Source: Octopus sinensis (taxonomy: Eukaryota). From it: DNA of 64,000 bases. The DNA lies in contig NC_043021.1 in NCBI RefSeq assembly GCF_006345805.1, forward strand, positions 14,942,001 to 15,006,000, given 5' to 3'. The translations under genes and the position numbers were made by a program. The notes below the pieces were generated by a model. It had not been told where the DNA came from. It worked only from the letters and a program-made list of their open reading frames with translations, and made no database searches. How positions within the stretch are numbered: position 1 is the stretch's first letter; each line of letters opens with the position of its first letter. Of the stretch, positions 54,946 through 64,000 are shown piece by piece.

Positions 54946-57235
54946 TAATAATGATAATAATAATAATAAATATGTGCATCTTTGATCACGAGCAGAAGTA
55001 GTGGGGGAGCATCATAGCCACCATGTGTTGAGAGGGATTCTTTGGGGTTTGAATAATTCACCTCTGGAAACATAGGTGGTTTTTTCAACATCCTTAAACA
55101 ACCCTTATTCAGGGACCGTTTGAGCGGGATGGGCTACTCAACCTGAAGAAAATTATAACTGGGCCCCACCTGCAAGGTCATGTGCTGTTTATCTTGATAT
55201 GAGATCACCATGTCGCGCACATATGGTTGTGATGCATGTGCCTGGTGTACCCTTATCAGATGGGTAGTCATGATGGGTATATTGAGCTTCGTATATTTTA
55301 CCCCAGTGTTACTTTGATGGCATGAACTGCTCTCTCACTCAATAATAATAATAATCCTTTCTACTATAGGCACAAGGCCTGGAATTTGGGGGAGATGGGG
55401 ATAGTCAATTACATCGACCCCAGTACTTAACTAGTACTTAATTCATCAACCCGGAAAGGATGAAAGGCAAAGTCAACCTCGGCAAAATTTGAACTCAGAA
55501 CATAAAGCTGGATGCAATGCCTCTGAACATTTCTCCTGGCATGCTAACAATTCTACCAGCTCACTGCCTTAACCCTTTAGTGCCGGTGGCACGTAAAAGT
55601 ACCATCCGTTCGTGTCCGTTGCCAGCATCGCCTGGCCCCGTGCCGGTGGCACGTAAAAAGCACCATCCGTTCGTAACCGTTTGCCAGCTCCGTCTGGCAC
55701 CTGTGCAGGTGGCACGTAAAAAGCACCCACTACACTCGCGAAGTGGTTGGCGTTAGGAAAGGCATCCAGCCGTAGAAACACTGCCAGATCAGACTGGGCC
55801 TGGCGCAGCCTTCTGGCTTCACAGACCCCAGTTGAAAACGGAAACTAAATGATGATGATGATGATTACTCTGTTAAATGTAATATTTTTTTACTCAAATT
55901 GTTTTTAATTACTCCTGCATTATCTTATAGCTTTTGAGGTTTCAGTGATGTGATTGTTTATTTTTAGAATGTCAATGTAGGTTAGGTGTGAGAGGCTAGA
56001 TATCACCAGTTTGAATATAAACCATGTAGAATATTTGGACCGGATATGGCCGGTTTAAACACTAAAGTGTTGAAGTTAATAATAATAATAATAATAATAT
56101 AATAATGATAATAATGATAATAATAATAATAAATATGTGCATCTTTGATCACGAGCAGAAGTAGTGGGGGAGCATCATAGCCACCATGTGTTGAGAGGGA
56201 TTCTTTGGGGTTTGAATAATTCACCTCTGGAAACATAGGTGGTTTTTTCAACATCCTTAAACAACCCTTATTCAGGGACCGTTTGAGCGGGATGGGCTAC
56301 TCAACCTGAAGAAAATTATAACTGGGCCCCACCTGCAAGGTCATGTGCTGTTTATCTTGATATGAGATCACCATGTCGCGCACATATGGTTGTGATGCAT
56401 GTGCCTGGTGTACCCTTATCAGATGGGTAGTCATGATGGGTATATTGAGCTTCGTATATTTTACCCCAGTGTTACTTTGATGGCATGAACTGCTCTCTCA
56501 CTCAATAATAATAATAATCCTTTCTACTATAGGCACAAGGCCTGGAATTTGGGGGAGATGGGGATAGTCAATTACATCGACCCCAGTACTTAACTAGTAC
56601 TTAATTCATCAACCCGGAAAGGATGAAAGGCAAAGTCAACCTCGGCAAAATTTGAACTCAGAACATAAAGCTGGATGCAATGCCTCTGAACATTTCTCCT
56701 GGCATGCTAACAATTCTACCAGCTCACTGCCTTAACCCTTTAGTGCCGGTGGCACGTAAAAGTACCATCCGTTCGTGTCCGTTGCCAGCATCGCCTGGCC
56801 CCGTGCCGGTGGCACGTAAAAGCACCATCCGTTCGTAACCGTTTGCCAGCTCCGTCTGGCACCTGTGCAGGTGGCACGTAAAAAGCACCCACTACACTCG
56901 CGAAGTGGTTGGCGTTAGGAAAGGCATCCAGCCGTAGAAACACTGCCAGATCAGACTGGGCCTGGCGCAGCCTTCTGGCTTCACAGACCCCAGTTGAAAA
57001 CGGAAACTAAATGATGATGATGATGATTACTCTGTTAAATGTAATATTTTTTTACTCAAATTGTTTTTAATTACTCCTGCATTATCTTATAGCTTTTGAG
57101 GTTTCAGTGATGTGATTGTTTATTTTTAGAATGTCAATGTAGGTTAGGTGTGAGAGGCTAGATATCACCAGTTTGAATATAAACCATGTAGAATATTTGG
57201 ACCGGATATGGCCGGTTTAAACACTAAAGTGTTGA

Positions 57236-57239
<4 letters not shown>
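54915..57239. repeat. Tandem duplication of a 1163-bp block (54915-56077 and 56078-57239)
   Basis: Landmarks are offset by 1163, then 1162 after a single-A homopolymer indel. Breakpoints lie in (AAT)n. Confidence 0.95.
55573..56070. mobile_element. piggyBac-like MITE with a nested SINE (duplicated at 56736-57232)
   Basis: TTAA|CCCTTTAG at the left end and degenerate CTAAAGTG|TTGA at the right end. A (TGA)n-tailed SINE fragment sits at about 55581-55865. Confidence 0.5.
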
Positions 57240-57271
<32 letters not shown>

Positions 57272-57283
57272 TGATGATAATGA

Positions 57284-57695
57284 GGAGTGGCTGTGTGGTA
57301 AGTAACTTGCTTACCAACCAGATGGTTCCGGGTTCAGTCCCACTGCGTGACACCTTGGGCAAGTGTCTTCTACTATAGCCTCGGACCAACCAAAGCCTTC
57401 TGAGTGGATTTGGTAGACGGAAACTGAAAGAAGCCTGTTGTATATATGTATATATATATATGTGTGTGTGTGTGTTTGTGTGTCTGTGTTTGTCCCCCCC
57501 CCCCAACATTGCTTGACAACCGATGCTGGTGTGTTTGCGTCCCCGTAACATAGCGGTTCAGCAAAAGAGACCGATAGAATAAGTACTAGGCTTCCAAAGA
57601 ATGAGTCCTGGGGTTGATTTGCTCGACTAAAGGCGGTACTCCAGCATGGCCACAGTCAAATGACTGAAACAAGTAAAAGAGTAAAGGAGTAAAAG
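57284..57695 (+). mobile_element. SINE family A, full length
   Basis: Same head, body and tail as 4777-5160. Confidence 0.85.
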
Positions 57696-57828
57696 AGAAG
57701 AAGAAGGGGAGGAGGAGGAAGAGGAGGACAGGATGAAGAAGGATAGCAATAATATTCACACACACACTTACACACACATATGTATATGTATATGTGTGTG
57801 CACATACATATATATGCATGTGTGTGCT

Positions 57829-57870
<42 letters not shown>

Positions 57871-57880
57871 ATATATGTAT

Positions 57881-58085
57881 ATTTATATATAGAGGGCATT
57901 ATACATACATGCCAGACGGCATTATACATACATGCCAAACGCTAAGAGGGACAATCAGTCATTTCTACCATTTGGTAGAAATGACTGATTGTCCCTCTTA
58001 GCGTTTGGCATGTATGTATAATGCCGTCTGGCATGTATGTATAATGCCGTCTGGCATGTATGTATAATGCCCTCTATATATAAAT
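57881..58085. repeat. Palindrome with a 2-nt spacer and internal 23-bp tandem units
   Basis: Centre CTACCA-TT-TGGTAG. GGCATTATACATACATGCCAGAC occurs twice in the left arm and three times (inverted) in the right arm. Confidence 0.92.
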
Positions 58086-58870
58086 TAATATGTTCAATAA
58101 GAAATAATTATTTTCGAAATTTTTTCTCTTATGAGGTTTTTACGCTATCTACCTGACAATTTCTTGTTAAGTTTTCCTTATTAAGTAGTTGTCCTTAATT
58201 GCTATATATATGTATATGTATATATGAAGATCCTCCTTCTGTGTGAACTGGAGCAATGTGGAATAAAGTGTCTTGCTCAAGAACACAACACACAGGCCTG
58301 TCCGGGGAAACGAGGGCACATGGCTTAATGGTTAGAGTGTTGGGCTCACGATCATGAAGTGGTAGGGTGGTGGGGGGGACGATAAGGATGATCATGAAGA
58401 TGGCGTTGGGGATGATGATGAAGACGATGATGGTGTTGGTGATGGTGATGAAGAAGAGAACAAAGATGATGATGATGATGATGATGACAGTGATGAAGAC
58501 GATGAATATTTGTGGATCTATATCTACACAGCAGTATCCATATTACATGTGTATGGATACATTAAGTCTGTGTGTCCCTCTTTGCACGTCAGTTTGTCTC
58601 TTATCAAATTCAGGTTCGTCTACACTTGATCCTCGTCACTTTTTCTCTATTAGACTCTGCACCACTAGTGTCTACATAGACACACACATACATCCAACAC
58701 ACACACACCTTCAAATATGCCATATATGTACATACAAATAAACATATACAAATATACATATTTATATTACATATATTATATGACATATATATAAAACCTA
58801 TATATATATATTATATATATATATATTATATATATATATATTATATATATATATATGTATGTATATGTAT

Positions 58871-58903
<33 letters not shown>

Positions 58904-59052
58904 ATTATACACACATATACATAACTATACATACACATACACAGACACATATTTGTGTATATAAATTAATGTGTGCTTAATTGACTGTATAGATCCCTGT
59001 TTAGATAGTAGGTGTGTCTCTATATTCTTAATTGTATACACACGCACTCACG

Positions 59053-59096
<44 letters not shown>

Positions 59097-59404
59097 GACA
59101 CATACATACATGCATAAACACAAACATACATTCATACATAAACGCATGCCTACATACAGACATACATATTTCTATGTAAGCATGTATACACTGCTGTCTC
59201 CCCTGGGACCTCGAGCCCTGTTGGAATCATAGGGGTGCCAAAATCATATCATATTTAACAGATCTTGGGCATTTCAAAACCTACTGGCTCCATCCCCTTC
59301 TGTTCTTGCACTCAAACGCACGACATACACACACACACACAGACACAGTGGGAGATAGAGAAAGAGAGACAGACAGACAGAATGTATATATATCTATTTG
59401 TTTA

Positions 59405-59810
59405 TTACCCACAAGGGGCTAAACATAGAGGGGACAAACATGGACAGACATAGGTATTAAGTTGATTACATCGACCCCAGTGCGTAACTGGTACTTAATT
59501 TATCGACCCCGAAAGGATGAAAGGCAAAGTCGACCCTGGCGGAATTTGAACTCACAACGTAACGGCAGCTGAAATACCTATTTCTTTATTACCCACAAGG
59601 GGCTAAACACAGAGGGGACAAACAAGGACAGACATAGGTATTAAGTCGATTACATCGACCCCAGTGCGTAACTGGTACTTAATTTATCGACCCCGAAAGG
59701 ATGAAAGGCAAAGTCGACCTCGGCGGAATTTGAACTCACAATGTAACGGCATCCGTAATACCACTAAGCATTTCGCCCGATGTGCTAACGATTCTGCCAG
59801 CTTGCTGCCA
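59405..59810 (-). mobile_element. SINE B dimer
   Basis: GAACTCA at 59548 and 59732 (period 184), same junction. Confidence 0.85.
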
Positions 59811-60282
59811 GAATGTATATATATCATCATCAACATCTGCAGCAGCAGCAATATCATTTAGTGTCCATTTTCCATGCTGACATGGGTTAGATATTTTGAG
59901 AAGAACCGGTAAGCCAGAGAGCTGCACCAGGCTTCAGTTGTCTGTTTTGGCTTGGTTTCTAAGGCTGGGTGCCTATATATTTATATAGGTGCCTGTATTT
60001 TTATATAGGCACCAGCATGGCTGTGTATTAAGATGCAGGTCCTGCTAGTTGTTATTATTATTATTATTATTATTATGAGCTGGAAGAATTGTTAGCACAC
60101 TGGACAAAATGCTTAGTGGTATTTCATCTGTCTTTTATGTTTTGAGTTCAAACTCCACAGAGGTCAACTTTGCCTTTCAACCTTTCGGGGTCATTAAATT
60201 AAGTACTAGTTGTGTACTGAGGTCGATATAATCGACTGGCCCCCTCCCCCAAATTTCAGGCCTTGTGCTTATTGTAGAAAGG

Positions 60283-60319
<37 letters not shown>

Positions 60320-60387
60320 TATTATTATTATTATTACTATTATCATTATTATTATTATTATTAATATTATTATTATTATTATTATCA

Positions 60388-60422
<35 letters not shown>

Positions 60423-60431
60423 GTAGAAAGG

Positions 60432-60485
<54 letters not shown>

Positions 60486-60494
60486 GTAGAAAGG

Positions 60495-60550
<56 letters not shown>

Positions 60551-60924
60551 GAAAAAGAGAAATAAATAGAAGAGTGCCATAGTTATCATGTGAAATTAGT
60601 TGAATGATATTTTGGCATGTAGCGTGCCTTCCACATGTTCAAAAATTACATGTCAGTCTACTTCATTTTTTGTTGTTATTGTTGTTATTATTATTATTAT
60701 ATGTTTGACTTTTGCCTTATGACTTTTGACTTTTGACTTATATATTTGTACAAGTTGGCTCCAAGTCTCACCCAGAGACCTCAAGAGACAACAGGTTGGA
60801 AGTTCACGTTGTTGTTATGCCTAGTGTGCCATATATTTGGTTGTTTTTTGTGTTGTACTGGTGGATGTCTAAAAAAAAAAAATGTTTGTTTTAAACCTTG
60901 AGATTACATAGAAAGTATTTTGCA

Positions 60925-60975
<51 letters not shown>

Positions 60976-61312
60976 GTGAGGGAGCAGTGCAAGCCATCAA
61001 AGTGACACTGGGGTAAAATATACGAAGCCCAGTATACCCATCATGACTACCCGTCTGATAAGGGTACACTAGGTACATGCATCACAACCATATGTGCGCG
61101 ACATGGTGATCTCATATCAAGATAAACAGCACATGACCTTGCAGGTGAGGCCCAGTTTGAATTTTCTTCTGGTCGGGTAGCCCATCCCGCTCAAAAGGTC
61201 CCTGAATAAGGATTGTTTAAGGATGTTGAACGAAACACTTATGTTTCCAGAGGTGAATTATTCAAACCCCAAAGAATCCCTCTCAACACATGGCTATGAT
61301 GCTCCCCCACTT
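60976..61312 (-). mobile_element. 5'-truncated copy of the TAA-embedded repeat family
   Basis: Reverse complement of part of 53657-54212, bounded by (ATT)n on both sides. Confidence 0.8.
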
Positions 61313-61324
61313 ATTATTATTATG

Positions 61325-61357
<33 letters not shown>

Positions 61358-62133
61358 GTTATTACTATCATCATCATCATTATTATTATTATTGAGGCAA
61401 AGAGCTGGCAGAATTGTTAGCATACCAGACATAAAACCTGAGTGGCATTTCATCCATTTTTATGCCAAGGTCCACTTTACCATTCAGAGGTCAATAAAAT
61501 AGATACTAGTTAATCACCAACTAGTCTTGCTCCACCCCTCAAATCAGCTGACCCCGTGTCAACATTTCAAACCATTGCTGTTGTTGTTGTTTCCATATCA
61601 ACCAATGATTTATGTTCTTGCTCATGAAATTGTCATCTAATATGAATTTTTCAACTAACCACCCTGATATCACATTTCCTGAATATCTCAGTTCCTAATC
61701 AGTTCATTCGTTTGGATAATTACTGCTGTAATTACAATAATTTACAAGGATTACAAAAATTTGCATAAGCCACATTGGTCTCAAGGCCTATCCCACTGAG
61801 TGGTGTGTGGTCCCATGCAAATTTGGGAGTAACTTAAGATTTCTGAGTGAAATTGATAGATAAAAACTGTATAGAAGGTCATTTTATATATGTGTGTATA
61901 TATTTGTTCACACATACACAAACACACACATATACATACATACAAACATATATATATGTTTTTTTCTTGTAGGAATGTATGGTGTATATATAATAGATGA
62001 TTGTAGTAACTATACTAACAAATATATATTTTTATACATAATTAGGATGAAATCATTATTTAATGATTTATCATTTGGGGTCTATTTCTAGCAGACTGGT
62101 GTTGTAATCATTCAGCACCCTTATTTTAATTCT

Positions 62134-62181
<48 letters not shown>

Positions 62182-62198
62182 ATATATATATAGGCACA

Positions 62199-62600
62199 AG
62201 AGTGGCTGTGTGGTAAGTAGCTTGCTTACCAACCACATGGTTCCAGATTCAGTCCCATTGCGTGGCACCTTGGGCAAGAGTCTTCTACTATAGCCTCGAG
62301 CCGACCAAAGCCTTGTGAGTGGATTTGGTAGACGAAAACTGAAAGAAGCCCGTCACATATATGTATATATATATGTGTGTATTTGTTTGTGTGTCTGTGT
62401 TTGTCCCTCCAACATTGCTTGACAACCGATGCTGGCATGTGTACGTCCCCATAACTTAGCGGTTCGGCAAAAGAGACCAATAGAATAAGTACTAGGCTTA
62501 CAAAGAATAAGTCCTGGGGTCGATTTGCTCGACTAAAGGCAGTGCTCCAGTATGGCCGCAGTCAAATGACTGAAACAAGTAAAAGAGTAAAGAGTAAAGA
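62199..62600 (+). mobile_element. SINE family A, full length
   Basis: Same head, body and tail as 4777-5160. Confidence 0.85.
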
Positions 62601-63154
62601 GAGTATATATATATATCATCATCATATATATATATATGTATATACAGAAAGAGTGGGTTATACCAGCATATACCTATGTATTTATATGTGTGTGTGTATA
62701 TGTATGTTTGTCTGTATGTGTGTGTATCTATGTGTATGTGCGTGTATATATGTATGCGTGTGTGTGTATGTATGTGTGTGCGTGTATGTGAGTAATAAGC
62801 ATACTGACATCAAAATGTGTTTTTGAACTTAAAGATATAAATGACGAAATGTATCTGTACGCATACACACACACATAAACGCACACTTATAACACAGTTA
62901 CCTTCTGTTTCCTCCCAATGTTGCCTTCTCCGCATGACTCAAGGCCTTTTGTATTACAACAAAAAGGAAAATGTTTCAAATAAAACCTCTTTTCTTCTTT
63001 CCGCCACTATTGTGAACATTATTGCTATTCCTAACACACCTTCACCTATATACATTTCTATATACACCCTATACACATTCTACCCTATACCCTATATATT
63101 TCTTGTGTATGTATATACACTATTTTTATCATTTACTGGTTTCAGGCATTAGAC

Positions 63155-63373
63155 CAGTGCTTTTCAAACTTTTTGCTGGAGCGGAACCCCAAGAAAACAT
63201 TTCACTGGCTCGAGGAACCCCTGTGCAATAATTTAATTGTCCTATGCACACATATCTGCACAGGAGAATTAAAAATTACTGTCGATTTTAGCATTTTTGT
63301 AACTTCTTGCGGAACCCCTGGACCGTACTGGCGGAACCCTAAGGTTCCGCGGAACCCTGGTTGAAAACCACTG
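63155..63373. mobile_element. hAT (Charlie/Buster-like) MITE
   Basis: TIRs CAGTGCTTTTCAA and TTGAAAACCACTG, with a perfect 8-bp TSD CATTAGAC (63147-63154 and 63374-63381). Confidence 0.9.
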
Positions 63374-63844
63374 CATTAGACTATGGCCATGTTGAAGCAT
63401 TTCACTGGATGGTTCAGTCAATAAAATTGAGCCCCATCGATGATGATGACGACGATGAGGATGATGACGATGATGTGGTGGTGATGATGATGATGGTGGT
63501 GATGATGATGATGGTGGTGATGGTGGCGGTGATGATGATCATGCCAATGACTGTGGTGGTGGTGGTGGTGGTGGTGGTGGTGATGATGATGATGATGATG
63601 ATGTCGATGGGGTTGTATTTTAGGGTTAATATTTATTGTATTTCGTTTTGGGATTTGGTTTGCAAGATTCTTTATATGAGTTCGTGTGTTGTGTATTGTT
63701 GTTCGGTTTCCTTTTGTTTTGTTTTTGGTTTTATATTGCATCTAGCCACCTTTGTTATTATATACTCTTTCCTCTCTCTTTTACTTGTTTCAGTCATTTG
63801 ACTGTGGCCATGCTGGTGCACCGCCTTGATGAGGTTTGTTGTTA

Positions 63845-63888
63845 ACACAATGTTTCGGCTGATATACCCTCCAGCCTTCATCAGGTGT
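63845..63888 (-). ncRNA. Minimal type I hammerhead-like motif (Penelope-type)
   Basis: ACAC-CUGAUGA-A-GGCUG(GAGGGUAUAU)CAGCC-GAAAC-AU-U-GUGU. Confidence 0.6.
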
Positions 63889-64000
63889 GTCATTATATTC
63901 AAGCCAGGTGGTATTAGCTTTGAGTCTCTACATCTGCACAAGAAAGTTAGATGGTTTGAAAGACAAGCTAGTTTCTGATGGAGTTTCTCTCTATGACTCC

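Noticed and set aside
62895-63010. Possible further minus-strand exon (donor AAG|GTAACT at 62901)
   Set aside because: An isolated splice-like motif without a convincing acceptor, ORF or promoter features.

Overview
AT-rich, repeat-dense metazoan genomic DNA; the SINE and microsatellite content suggests an octopus-type cephalopod (inference). It holds one protein-coding gene, an ERK5/MAPK7 orthologue on the minus strand. I reconstructed nine coding exons (27658 down to 10298; 3693 nt, 1230 aa), all with GT-AG junctions and consistent phases, including a 108-nt exon (23858-23965) missing from the ORF track. The kinase carries a T-H-Y activation motif instead of the canonical T-E-Y. Candidate 5' leader exons and promoters lie at about 52.05-52.3 kb (CpG-rich, ETS and CRE motifs, a uORF) and about 48.6-48.9 kb. 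The rest is mobile or repetitive DNA: four SINE families, an RTE LINE with a PHD finger inside ORF2, CR1/L2, RTE and R4/Dong-type LINE fragments, a TAA-targeted non-coding family, a Helitron, and hAT, Tigger, piggyBac and Mutator-like MITEs. There are also five minisatellites, several long palindromes and a near-identical 1163-bp tandem duplication. The most notable hidden signals are five minimal hammerhead-ribozyme-like motifs (two with a variant CUGUNGA core), SINE multimers with an invariant junction at five loci, a perfect 140-bp intronic palindrome, and the THY motif. Nearly all ORFs in the supplied track are microsatellite or SINE noise.
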